From Rhizodiscina lignyota (lineage: Eukaryota): DNA of 64,000 nucleotides. Below the pieces are notes generated by a model, which searched no databases, had not been told where the DNA came from, and saw only the letters and a program-made list of their open reading frames with translations. Below are positions 13,052 to 25,890 of this stretch, one piece after another. The DNA is taken from positions 248,001-312,000 of the forward strand of contig ML978139.1 in NCBI GenBank assembly GCA_010015805.1, written 5' to 3'. Each line of letters starts with the position of its first letter. The stretch's first letter is position 1. Position numbers and translations under genes: made by a program.

Positions 13052-14725
13052 TCAGCCCTGTCCTTCTTCCTCAACTCCACCAACACTCTCGTCCTGAGTA
13101 GTTACAACGCTAGCCCTCCTCTCGGCCTCCTCATCCAATCTGCCCAATGCCTTTTCGACCTCTTTCTCCCAATTGCTCCAAGCCACAATTACCCATTCCA
13201 ACGCTCCGACAAGGTAGAGCGCGATGCACTGCCCTATCCACAGTCCTTCTAAACCCCACCCATTCTTAGCCAAATAGATTCCCAGTGGCAAAGCTCCGCA
13301 GTAATAAGATACGATGTTAACGATGGCGCCAATATGTTGTCGTCCCATGCCCCTGAGCGCTCCGCCACAGCTTCCGTTCAAGCCGTCTGCGATCTGGAAC
13401 AGCGCGACATACGGCATGACTTTTGCTGTTAAGAGAATGACCCTCTCATCATCATTGAAAATCTTGGCATATACGTCTTTGACGCCCATCAGTACCGCTA
13501 GGACGAGCGCGCCCAAGATCATAGATAGAACAGCAGCTGTGTTGCTCGCTCTAGCAGCACCCTTTGCAGATCTCGCTCCCAGCAAGTTCCCTACGCGAGA
13601 GGAGGTGGCAACGCCGACACCGAACGGGATCGTATTCATGACTTGGTCCGTAGTCATGATGACACTCTGACTTGCGAGCGGGATGGTGCCAAGCTGTCCC
13701 GCGACGATAGCAACAATCTCAAATGCCCACCACTCGGTACCGATATGGACGACTCCCAAGATGGCCAGACGCGCGAATGTGCCGATTGGTTTCAGGCTGA
13801 GGCACTTACGGGACCAACCGCCCCAACATTGATAGCCGGCGACAAAGCGCGTGTAGGCCAATAGAAGGAGGAAGGACAGCCAGTAAGATATGCCCGTTGC
13901 AATTGGAGCGCCGAGGAGACCGATTTTGAAGGTGTAGATGAAAATGTAGTTCAGTGCGGCACTAAGAGGGGAGGTTACCAGGAGGACGTAAGTTCCGGGC
14001 CTCATTATCTCTGTAGGTGAGTCGGTTAGCGCCACATAACAGGTTGGCATGTGTTCAGACATACCTTGTGCTTGGAGATATTTCTTCAGCGCTTCGAAGT
14101 ATATGTATCCCAGGCCGCCAGGAATGAGAACAGTAAGGAATTTGGCAGAGTCGCGCGCAATATATGGCTCTTGTCCAAGCGCCGTGAATACCGGTTCTGC
14201 AAACGCCCATAAAAGAGCAACGGGTACGTAAAATATTGCGAGAACAATGAAACTCCGCTGCAAAATTATGCCCAGATCATGCGGATTTGAACTTCCGGTA
14301 AACGACACAGATGCTAACGTGTCAATCGCTGTCGTTCCGCCCAGTGCGATAAGCCATCCGGTTGCCATGGCGAACATGTACGCGAAGGCCGCCGTTGCGA
14401 GGGCTTCGGGGCTCAGACGGCCAACAATGAGCACCGAGACGGTTTGAAGTGAGTTTTGGAGCGCATATGCGAGAATGACCGGCACCGACCCGCGCAGCAG
14501 AATCCAGAATTCACGAAGGACAAGTTTTGTCGTCGATTTCTCGCCATCTTGGATATCAATGATGTCACCCTGGATCGCTTCCTCATCGTCTGGTTTTGGG
14601 ATTAATGATGTCCTCTCAGTTGGCGGAGTATCGTCTGAATCGGAAGATGGTGCTGATGAATTCGACTTAAACCATGATCGTAGCCAGCCTTTGGCTGTGG
14701 GAACGTCCCCTTGTCTGCTCTCCAT
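13052..14725 (-). CDS. MATE-family efflux transporter
   Basis: ALGGTTAIDTLAS, LGIILQRS, EWWAFE, RVGNLLGA, GALRGMGRQ motifs; in-frame intron near 14013-14063; start taken as MESRQG. Confidence 0.93.
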   Translation of the reverse strand: MESRQGDVPTAKGWLRSWFKSNSSAPSSDSDDTPPTERTSLIPKPDDEEAIQGDIIDIQDGEKSTTKLVLREFWILLRGSVPVILAYALQNSLQTVSVLIVGRLSPEALATAAFAYMFAMATGWLIALGGTTAIDTLASVSFTGSSNPHDLGIILQRSFIVLAIFYVPVALLWAFAEPVFTALGQEPYIARDSAKFLTVLIPGGLGYIYFEALKKYLQAQGMSEHMPTCYVALTDSPTEIMRPGTYVLLVTSPLSAALNYIFIYTFKIGLLGAPIATGISYWLSFLLLLAYTRFVAGYQCWGGWSRKCLSLKPIGTFARLAILGVVHIGTEWWAFEIVAIVAGQLGTIPLASQSVIMTTDQVMNTIPFGVGVATSSRVGNLLGARSAKGAARASNTAAVLSMILGALVLAVLMGVKDVYAKIFNDDERVILLTAKVMPYVALFQIADGLNGSCGGALRGMGRQHIGAIVNIVSYYCGALPLGIYLAKNGWGLEGLWIGQCIALYLVGALEWVIVAWSNWEKEVEKALGRLDEEAERRASVVTTQDESVGGVEEEGQG

Positions 14726-15036
14726 GGCAATTGGCAGTACGAAATGTGCGAAACAGCATACGACATAGAAGGGGCTATACAATGAAAATGCAGGAATAAA
14801 AGGCCAAACAATCGCGTAATCTAGATGCGCCAACGCGCTCTAGCCATCGTGTATCGCCAGCGCGCATGGCGATGCAGGACGAGACAATTGATAGACGACG
14901 GCATGATATGAGTGGTTGGAAGGTGAAAAGCGTAAGTAATGGGATACCTGCACTTACCTTATCTCGCTGCTTGGACTCGCTGATGCAGGACGGGAGCAAA
15001 GCAGTGAGCTGTCGAGGAGCTCGTTAGCTAAACACG

Positions 15037-15065
15037 TTCGGTAATGCTATTCGGTAATGCTATTC
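15037..15065. repeat. Perfect 13-bp tandem duplication (TTCGGTAATGCTA x2)
   Basis: Read directly: ttcggtaatgcta ttcggtaatgcta ttc. Confidence 0.9.
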
Positions 15066-16134
15066 AAACCTTGTCCCCTGCCGCACCGTCGCCGAACGTC
15101 TTCCGCCGCCACTTCAACTCCGAACCGATGTCCGTCGTCAACAACAAATGTTAGTATCCCTCTCTTTTGTCCGCAAGTCTCTTGTCATTACCTCAATACC
15201 GCGTAGGTGCCGGTTGGGCTTATTTCCCTCATTAGCATTTCCGTGCTCTAGCCTATGCTTAGAATCGTAAACGCCCCTTCGTCTCGTACGAGATGGGGTC
15301 AACGCGTCGTCCTCCAGTGATGCCGACGAAGTCTTCCGTGGAATGAGACAACTCACGAGTTACTTCCGTTGAGCAGCGACTCTGCGAAAAGGATGAATGT
15401 TTACTGAAGAAGAAAAGCTAAAGAAGTTACTGTGGCGAGACATTACGGCCGAGGACTGTTAAACGCGGCTTGCCAACGGTCATTTACGGTGCTCTATATG
15501 ACCTACTCGACCGCTGAATGATTCTGACGCCACTCTCTCCGATGGCAGGCTGAACGCCTTCGAGTAAATGCGATTACAAAAGTTTCTGCCACGCGAGATC
15601 CATATTCCTCCGTGGGCTAATGTCCACGGATGCCAAGGGCACTGAGCCACGCGTCGCACAATAATGCCAACTTCACGGTGTGAAGCTGATGTCGGCTAAT
15701 CCTTTATGCAGGGACAGTTTGATTTTGCCTCAAGAGGAAGTGAACCTAGTGTATACTGCTATTGAGGCTATGAAGTTTCTCCGCTGACGTTTGTACCGTT
15801 TCCGAGCACGGCGTTAACTACTATCGTACTTGAGGTGGCAATTAGCACGCTACTCATCCCTATGTCTCTATTCACTTTGGACTGCCGTACGATATGTCGG
15901 AATTAGTGTCTTTCCCATATCCTAGGCACCTACTCCTTCTTATTGATTCCGTACCAACATGTTCCTCCGAGGGCGTGATGGTGTCTCTAATCCATTCGCC
16001 GTCCGTCTCTCTCATTGTTTAGTAACTATATAAGACGATGTAGATGGGTTTCTACTGTATCCAGCCACTATCAGTCGTGTCTCCCGCACCCTCGTTGCTC
16101 TTTTCTCAGCCTTACTCCTGGTTATTCTCCAACA

Positions 16135-17945
16135 ATGGCTGCAGAATCGTTTGATTTCATCGTTGTTGGAGGTAGGTTCTTTCAAATACCCTCACGAGAC
16201 AATCCACTGTGCTGATTCAATGCTACAGCTGGCCCTGCGGGTTGTGTTATCGCTCAACAGCTTGCAAACTCTGCGAGAAAGCCCGATGTACTCCTCCTCG
16301 AAGCCGGTCGGGACATCTCCTCGAAGCAGTATCGGTGTGCTGGTGTGAAGGTCAAGTCATTTCAGGTCCCAGAGCTGAATTGGGGCTACAAGACTCAACC
16401 GCAACCATACCTCAATGACCGCGCCATTGATTACTCTCGCGGCCTTGGACTCGGTGGCAGTAGCGCGATCAACTTTGGTATATGGACAGTCGGATCCGAA
16501 GCAGACTACAATCGTTGGGCAAAGCTTGTCGGGGATGATACCTTCCGCTGGGAGCATGCTCAGAAGCGTTACAAACAACTCGAGAATCTTCATATCGATC
16601 TGCCGGAGGAGGGGCGTAAATATGCCGGCCCAAGGGCCTCTGATCACGGAGATAACGGCAAGCTTAACGTCTCTTACTCGCCCCGGTGGGAGCGCGATAT
16701 CCCCGAAATGATCGACAACTTGATTGAGTTCGGATGGGAAGCCAACCCTGACTACAACTCCGGAAATCCCATTGGAATAAGTCCATATGCCAGCTCCGAG
16801 CACAAGGGGCTGAGGACGACGGCGGCAGATATACTCGTCGACAAGCCGGGCAACTTGAAAGTGGTGCTTCAATCTTCGGTTCAGCGAGTCATCTTGGAAG
16901 ATGGGAAGGCTATCGGTATAGAATCAAGCGAAAGAAAATGTGAGCAGATCCCAAGAACCAGTGGCTTGGACTTGCAAGAGAACTGATATCATTAGACTTC
17001 GCCACACGAGAAGTGATTGTATCAGCAGGTGCACTCAACTCACCTCACATTCTTATGCATTCCGGGCTGGGTCCGGCAGCCCAGCTGGAAAAGTTCAACA
17101 TCACCAGCATAAAAGACATACCCGCGGTCGGGCAACATCTGCGCGATCACCCAGCGGTCACTCTAGCCTTCGCACGGCGAGAGGGTATAATGGATCGTGC
17201 TGCGTTCTACAGTAACCAAGACAGACTAGACGCAGCGATGAAGCAATGGGAAGAGGATGGTACAGGAGAGTTCAGCTGGCTTGCGCGCGAAGGCGCGATC
17301 GGTTTCCTCAAGTCGAAGCGTATCCTCGAATCGGCTGAGTTGAAAACGCTCCCGGCAGAAGAGCAGGCATTCATGCAGGATAGTCTGGTTCCACAGTGGG
17401 AAGCGCTCACGCACTTTCCTGCACACGACGTCGTCCCTGCACTAGCAAACATTGATTACGCCTGTTTCCCGGTATTTCTCATGAACGCTCAAAGTCGGGG
17501 AGAGGTCACCTTGCAGTCCTCGGATCCCAGCGTCCCCTTGGCTATGGACCCCAAACTCCTTACCCATCCATTCGACCGTATGGCTTTCATCCAAGCAATC
17601 CGTGAACTGTTGGAATTCACCCAGTCAGCTATGTTTGCAAAAGACACCGTGGCGCCGCTCAGTTCGCCAAAGTCACTCTCCGACGAAGATATTGAAACGT
17701 ATATCAAGGAGCAGGCATCCACCGTCTGGCACATGTCCGGAACTGTAAAGATGGGCAAGGAAGGAGAGCCGGATGCCGTGGTGGACAGCAAGTTCAAGGT
17801 GTTCGGCGTCGACGGGCTTCGAGTCGCTGATATGAGTGTGACTCCGCTCCTTATCAATGGCCACACACAAGTTGCGGCGTACATAATAGGTGCCACGTGT
17901 GCTGAGGTCTTGATTAAGGAGTACGGTTTAGATAAAAGCGCGTGA
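16135..17945 (+). CDS. GMC oxidoreductase (glucose-methanol-choline family), no signal peptide
   Basis: FDFIVVG(A)GPAG, LLEAG, RGLGLGGSSAIN, VSAGALNSPHILMHSG, TVWHMSGT, LRVADMS, NGHTQ; introns near 16172-16229 and 16940-16995. Confidence 0.93.
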
Positions 17946-18803
17946 ATCGTCACATTGTAGTCCAAAGAATTGTTACGCATGTCATGTCTCCGCAATGAGT
18001 CTAAACTTTAATGGGCGGTTTACCTCTACAGGGTCGAGCTCGCATGAATCCACTCAAATTGAAGTCTTTGTCTCGCATCTACAGCTTTCGGTTAGAGCTT
18101 CATTGTATTGTACGTGGAGACGCTTACGACAAACCTGCCGGCTTTTACGAACGTCCTTTTTCATACTTCTATTAGTGGACTCGACACGTTATACGTGGAC
18201 ATTCGCGGCTGGGGCAATATTACGTCCTCTGTCTGAGTTCAAGCTCTGTCAGCGATCCACAGCTCCCGCGGGCTTGTGGAGTTGTGATGCGGAATGAATT
18301 GATGCGAAATACGGCATGATTAGACGAACAGTGCTCCTAGATAGGTTGATAGATTGAGTTTGAATTGTTGAATAGGAATTTACAAAGCAAGTGTAGGTTT
18401 GGAGAAAGGAGATTTGAAGTCGGAGTGGGAGAAAACTGACTCGCCAATGAAGCGCTTCCGAGACGCGGCATTCGGCATTTGCAACATCGATTCTCGGGGG
18501 AGCTCATATCGTATTAAAGATGCCAATTTAACTCTAGATTCCAACAGTTTGAGAGCCTCGTAACAGTTTTGTCACAAATAGTGCGCGTTGCATGCGTTGT
18601 CTCCTGGAAGGATGGCGCATGCTGCCACGAATCATCGTATCGTGATGCTGAGTTCCGACATCGAATTCCGACATTGCGACTTCGTCGATCTATGGCCGAG
18701 ATACCGTGTAGATAACCCTCCTTGCACCACAATGGCTTGAATATCGCTTTCAGTTTTGTAGCACATTCCTCTCTAGGGCAATCTCGCCCTATTAGCGGCC
18801 ATC

Positions 18804-20554
18804 ATGACCGCTTCCACTCCTTCAGACGACATCCAGTCCGACCCTCCTACCGAACGTACTCCCCTCCTCAGCTCCGACTTCGAATCTCCTCCCAAGACGC
18901 CTCTCGTCGACGAGTCTGAAGACGCTTCGTCTAGACCACAAGTGACACAGACTCAAAAGAACATTGTCCTCATCTTACTCGCCTTCTTCATCCTTGCGAT
19001 TGGCCTTGGCGACGAGCTTATCCAGCCCGCCCAAACCCGCGTCTTCGAAGCTATCATCTGTCGAAAATTCTACGACGTGCATGATCCTTCTGTAATATCT
19101 CCAGGCGAGCACAATGGGTGGTGGGACGATGGGAGCAAGAGAGGGGTACTGCTTGGTATCCATGAGAAGTGGTGCAAAGTTCCTCAGGTCCAAGGGGAGC
19201 TCGCCATGCTGAAGGGTTGGGATACTGGACTCGGAAGTATTGGGAGTCTATTCTTGGCCATCCCTTGGGGATGGTTTGCGGATTGCTACGGAAGGAAACC
19301 GTTGGTCGTAATGTTGTCTGTGGCATTTTGGTTAAAGGCGGTTTGGATGCAACTCGTGTGTGAGTGTAGTCTTTGGATTTGCCATACAATTGCAAAGGCA
19401 GGCAAGAAGCTAACAGATCATTAGCCTACTTTTGGCAGACGTTTGAGATCAAGCTGGTCTGGGTCTCTGCTCTACATTCTCTCCTGGGTGGTTCCAGCGC
19501 AGTTGCAAGTGCCGTCGTCTTCACAGTGGTCACTGATGTAACTACAGAGACTGAGAGGTAATATCTCAACTGGCTTTCCGTAATGCCGGCACTAATAGAG
19601 AACAGGACTGCGGCATATTTTCGTATAGGTGCCGCTTCTATGACCGCCATGTTCGTGTCACCGCCCATTAGCTCATTCCTCATGGACCGGAATCCGTGGA
19701 TTGCAATGCTAATTGGACTCGGTATCATGATTATTCCCATACCGTGCACTCTCCTCCTGCCGGAAACGCTAAAGTACAAACCTGCTCCACCGCCAACAGC
19801 AGTCTCATCCACTCCAGAAATCGAGCCGGACGACCCAATATGGAAGCGTTACTTTAAGGCTGCGTGGCACGTCATCCACGACTCATTCGCCTTCCTGTCA
19901 TCCGACCTACGCCTCTTCTTTCTTGTAACGGCTTTTATGTTGCATATGCTCTTCATTGTTGGCATAAAGGATGTCTTGTTACAATTCGGATCGATTCGCT
20001 ATGACCTCTCATTGGCTAAATCGACGCTTCTCCTGTCAATAAGAGCAGGCTTGAATCTGGTGCTCATGCTTTTCGTCTTACCAGCTTTTTCCAATTATTT
20101 GAACTGTCGTCCTGCATTTTCGGTGCATCCAACGACTGTAGATCTTATTCTCGCCCGCGCGTCTGTAACCTTACAAGCTATCGGCTTCTTTATCTTAGCT
20201 TTGGCAGTTAATCTTCCCTGGTTTATTATTGGGCTCTTGCTCAATACCAGCGGGTGGGGTCTTATGGTATATGTGCGCAGTCTCGCAATATCGATGGTCG
20301 AACCACATGCTGTGGCGCGATTGTACGCTTTGATGAGCGTGATGGACACAGTGGGCATGATGGTTGGTAGTCCTAGTCTCGCCGGGCTGTTCGAAGCAGG
20401 TGTGAATTGGGGTGGCCTCTGGACGGGCCTGCCATTCTTGATGTGTGCGATACTTGCTGCTGTCGTTGGGATCGGGCTTGCCAGCATGAAAGCTGGGGAA
20501 CTGAATGACCCGGGTGATGAGACGAATGAAGAGGAGGGGCGAGTATACGAATGA
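18804..20554 (+). CDS. MFS transporter (fungal efflux-type)
   Basis: ERTPLL sorting motif, WCKVPQVQGELA, WGWFADCYGRKP (MFS motif A), ARLYALMSVMDTVG; two introns at about 19359-19423 and 19558-19604. Confidence 0.88.
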
Positions 20555-20915
20555 CGAAAACATTGACTGCATTGACTACGGACTATGGCGTTTGCTGGAT
20601 TTTAGACACAATAGACGATTGGTTATCTCTTGTATGCTTGCCGTAAACGATAGGTAGAACTACATCACTTTGTATCAGCGTTTCTTTAACTGCTAGAACG
20701 TACGCTTGTAGGAGTCGTAAGAATCCATTTTAGTCATTTAAATATGTTTCCTTGAGTCTGCTACGTAATTTCAAAGACATCACCCGGGCAGACCTACTCC
20801 CCTGGGTCCCGTCATAATAATTGATACACAATCTTCGTCAGTATCTACGAGGCTGTAGGGAAAAAAATACTCCGCAAGCATAATCTTCACCGTGTTCGGA
20901 CGCACGAAAGAAGTC

Positions 20916-22497
20916 TCATGGTTCCCACGGGCCTTTCGCCTCGCCGCCGCTCAAATTCTCCGCCTCGCCGTCTTCCCTGATAAGGTATATGTCTTCATGC
21001 CTCACCCCGAATTTATTGGTGATATAGACCCCGGGTTCGTCCGTGAAAGTCATGCCTGCTTTCAGGATTGTGTGGGTGTTACCTTTATTCAAGTATGGGC
21101 TCTCGTGCGCTTTAATGCCGATACCATGACCGACGCGATGCGAAAACAGCTCGCCATAGCCAGCGTCGGTGATTACGTCTCTGGCTGCAATATCGACAGA
21201 AGCAGCTGTATTGTTGGGCTTGAATTGTTTGCGCGCTGCGGCTTGAGCGCGGAGTACGATGTCCCAGACATCGAGTTTCTGTTGGTGGAGTGGATCTCGA
21301 TATGACGTCTCGGCGCCGTGAGAACAGGAATGGAAGAAAGACGTGAGACGAGAAAAGAGGGACTTGCGTTTTGAGGGTCGGTCGATGAAAAAGCTGCGAC
21401 AGATGTCGGACGAGTAACCCAGATAGTGAGCACTATGGAAACAAATCAGCGCTGCAAAATCAGGGGAGCAGAAGTATTACCCAACGTCGATTAACACCAT
21501 GCTATCGTAGGTCAAAACTTTCCCTCCAGTGACGAAGCCACCATGTGGAAGAGCAGCATTCTCCTCGAAGAGGACGATGTCAAAGAAGAGCGAGAAACCG
21601 ACTGAGAGCATTGCATTATCGAGGATGGCAGTCACTTGGTCTTCTGTCAAGCCCGGTTCGAGACCTACAAATGGCGCATAAATAGACTTGCATTGGATGA
21701 TACATATCACGATGGGACATACAAGGTCTCATTGCTCTCACTGCTTCCACGGTTCCAGTATTCACGGCTCTGAGAAGCTCTATCTCAGCTGGAGTCTTTG
21801 TCTGCCTGACGGCATCGACCTCGGCATTCAGTCCCACAGTCTTGAAGCCGTTTTGGCTCAGTCCTCGTACAATGTAATCCCTCATCTCTTCATCAACCAT
21901 GACGACCCTTTCGTCATCTCCCGGGTATAGCTTATCTTTGAGCGTCTTGTACGGATTCCAATGCTCTTCCCAGATTATTATATCGAGATGCTTCTCCCTT
22001 GCAGGTATGCCCAACATCCTCACTCGTCCTTCCTCAAAATGCGGCGCTAGAAACGACGTCTTTGCAATTATTTCGCGGCTGCTCTTCTGGAAAGGCTCAA
22101 CTATCATCAGGAATGGCCGCTCCTCTGGCTCCCATGGCTCCCAGTCTGTTTGAGAGATATTTCCATAGTATTGGAAAGTATATCCAGGCTCGAGGACGAA
22201 TGCATCTGCGCCGGACGCGTGGAGGGCGGCCGCTAGACGATCGCGTCGCTCGATGAACTCGTCAGAGGTAATCGGCTTCGCATTGTCGAGGAAGGACGTG
22301 TCCTTATGGAGGCTGTGGATCGTACACTGCTGGACTTTTTGGAACTGGTCAATTCTTTCCGTAAAGGCAATTTTCATTGCCAAATAGTTCATCGTGCAGA
22401 ATAACAGAACCCAGACCAATCCATGGCGATATTTGGCAGACCGAGACGGGTGCCGCCATGGCTTGAAGGTTGAGGTTTTACCATCCTCAGTTCCCAT
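20916..22497 (-). CDS. M24-family metallopeptidase (Xaa-Pro dipeptidase-like) with N-terminal membrane anchor
   Basis: Creatinase-like N-domain, NAALPHG, LIDVG, YSSDICRSF, HGIGIKAHESPY, FTDEPGVY, GVRHED; three introns; stop after GPWEP. Confidence 0.88.
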
Positions 22498-23215
22498 TTT
22501 GAAGGATACTGAGAGACTCAATTGAAGCGAGAGGAAGAAGAACGGCGCTCAGCTCTATACATAGTACTGACTCGTCGGCCCGCCGACTGTAATCATTTCC
22601 TCCGTTCACGGCAAGAACGGCGTCTTTCAGCTGCATGAAGGAGCTAGCGACATACGTACCTGGGTGGGGCAGTACCGAATTTTAGGTGGGGCAGCCCCTA
22701 GAATTGGGTGATCCTCGGGTGTACAAAAGAACTGCCAATATTTGCGCCTCAATGGCCCCTGCAACATTCAATTCACCTTCATGCCATGGAGTAGTGGATT
22801 AGGTATGTATGTATCTCTCTTATTCTTCTGCGATTGTGCTACACGTTGTATACTACAAGGTATTTCTGTTATCATATATATCTAGATGTTGGGAAGTCCA
22901 CCCGTTCTAACTTCTGGACAATTCACATGGCTGCTGACGCGGAATATGCCTAGAGCATATGTCGATGCCCCAAGTTGTATTGGGAGAAACGTAGTTAGTA
23001 TATGTTCGTTCATGTGGAATCTCGAGGTGTGGGTGTGTGAAAATATTCCAAGCGTCTGCGATAATCCCGAGATTATGACGGCGCAATCCATTCATCAGGA
23101 GCACGTTTGTGATCGTGAAAATAAAGATATAAGGCTGTGAAATTGTTTAACATTGATGAATTTCTAAGAACGGAATTCTCAGACAACGCCAACACATTAC
23201 CATAGCCCAGTCCAC

Positions 23216-24545
23216 TCATCCTGTACACAAACTTGGAAGAGCGTTGCACAGCCGCGGACATAGCTTTCCATCGTCAGCTTTGCTATATGATGTGTACGTC
23301 CCACATGGTGTCTTCCGAGTTTCCAGAGCTGCTATCGTTATGATGACGATGATAAATGCAAAGAGAGACAACGTGTACACCTTATACCACATATGAGACA
23401 TGCAGAGAATTATTGTGCTCCGCGATGATCCGTGCCAAAAATAGTAGCTCAGCACTGCTATTGTTACTGTGAGGAAGAAGAGATAAAATATGTCAATAAG
23501 GAGGGTCGTCACCGAGAAATCGTTAGTTGTACCCTGGAAAGGGATTATATAATAAGCAGCGAACCCCCAAAATATGATCAAGACGGTTATACACGTTGTG
23601 CGGACAAGTATGCCTTGAATACTCTTCGTTGGAAGAAACGTGTCTTCTCGGGCAGGTAGCAAGCTTTCGATTGCTCCTCGGGTGTGATTGACGAGATAAG
23701 GAGAAGATATGTCGCTCGCAAAACTCGGACTGGTTGTCTGTCTGATGTCGATTGCCGCGTTCTTAGATTCTGATGTCTCATCCAGTTCCGAATCAATATG
23801 TCCATTGTTGATATCTGCACCCCGGTTATTACGCGTCGTTTGTTTGAGCTCCAAGCTGGCCCTTTGTGCGCATGAAAGATTCAGCATATCGAAATTGGCA
23901 AAGCTATAATCTTCTGCTAACCAACAGGCAACAGGGAGTCGGAATAAACCAAAGATTGCCAAAGGCAGAAACACGGATTGTATCGAAACAGAATATCCGT
24001 AATTGTTTGATCCCGGATGTGCCATTCCCATCGTTAATGTGTAGATGGATTGCACGCCTTGCAGGGTGACGATCAAGGTCTTGGCGGCAGTGCCCGAGAT
24101 CAAGTCAATATGGGTTTTTGCAGGTAGGCGGAGGTGATAGTTCGAACTCTCCTCGATCATTTCTTCAGATCCATTCCAGCCCTTGTTGGTCCAGAAGACG
24201 GCATTTGACGCGGCCAGTTCGAGAGGATTCCACGACCTGGCCCGTCGATCCATGATGCTAAAATACCGCCATATGACGGATGTGGGATTGAACAATCCCG
24301 TTCTCTCATGCCAACTTGGTCGCTTGGCTTGGAGATAGGTCGGAGTGGGGACGCCGGCAACAAGATGAGCGATCAGTGGCGCAAGGCAGAGGGTGAGAAG
24401 CATGATCCATTCGTCGAAGGAAATATCTTTCGATTCGTAGTTGAAATGGACCGTCGTCCGTTTGAGAAACTTGACTTCTGAAGCTTTTGAGACGATCGTT
24501 AGTTAGAAGACGCTCCATGGTTCGGCAAGGCGACAAACAGACCAT
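23216..24545 (-). CDS. Hypothetical fungal multi-pass membrane protein; start uncertain
   Basis: 395-aa ORF with about 6 hydrophobic segments; frame stays open upstream (DISFDEWIMLLTLCLAPL); probable short 5' intron with CTAAC near 24500. Confidence 0.65.
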
Positions 24546-25890
24546 AATGACTGCAGAATGCGCTTAGCGCTTAGCACTTGATTGAGACGTGTTAGCTGAT
24601 AGACCGGTAGACAAAGAATCTGAAAATTCGTTGGAAAATTGATTCCTGTTGGAGAGCTGAAGCCTGAAGTCATTCCGAGCAATGGGATGCCGCCACGGGA
24701 AGGTAAATATGGGAGTTGAGATCGCTCTCAACCGGCAGGCTGAAGAGTCCCAAATCCTTCGAACGCACTGCCCCATCACCACACTAGAGGCGGATGTGTC
24801 CACTGCGAATGCAATACTTGAGCACGGTGGCGAGGTGCATACACTCCCTGATCAGGTAACGATTCACATCGCCCTGCCTCGCAGCTGGAATCCACCGCAC
24901 TTAATAAAAATTTGAATTCGCATTGTGAATTGAACTCTTTAAAGATTACTTTGGATGCAGATTCTGGGCTTGAAACGAAAGGAACGTTACATAGATAAAT
25001 TGATTGTCGCTCGGAAACTTTGCGACGTGTGCGTGTTTCACGGTCGCGAAGCTGCGAATCGTTCCAAGCCTCAGCCTGATGCCGATGCATCGATTATCTG
25101 ATTCGTGTGACTCGAGTGCGTTGAAAGTCCGGAATCTATGCATTTGTCAGGGCTTAGCATGGCTAGATTCAAGTGACTTCGATCAGGCTTTGGCTATTGT
25201 CCAAAATAAAAAGATCGAAAGAAGGCTAACGGAAAGGGAGCTAGTGAGTCGTTCTACAGGTATTTAAGAGGAAGAAGTTGAGATGAGACGGGAATTAATA
25301 GAGGACGGCGAAGACTGGACCGTAGATAACTTAAGAAAAGATATACTGTAGAGTACGGAGGAGATTGTGAAGATGAATACTCGGTAGACGCAAGAAAGTA
25401 GAAGATTGAGAGTAGTGAGCGCCCGGAGATCGACCGATTTTGGGGGCGTACTCACCTGCGCTTCGGTACATGGCCACCCATGGCCGACCACCCACCCAAC
25501 ATTGCCGGTCCTCGCAGCCTGAGTCGATGTCGGCCCGTAACAACACAGAGTTCCGAGGTCGCTGCAACCTCCTCTCCGCTCATCTTACTTGCAGGCACCG
25601 TAAATCTCGACGCCAATATCGAACTAATAGCTGTTAGCCTCAAAATCCTCCGGTAAATGTGCCACGGGGAGTATGCGATGCAACAACTACCAGGATACCT
25701 CCACCCGGCAGTATGTTGCCGCTACGCAGTCGAATAACCCGTGGGCCGCTCACCAGGAATATTGAGGAACCTCTGGACCTTGCTGATCCTTTCTCGGTCT
25801 CGTGAACTTGAAGCCTGACTAGCAAGTGTTATAAAATGGCATTGTCCCCGGAAAGCAGGTCTCGACTCCTGTTGAATCAGCTCGTCAATA

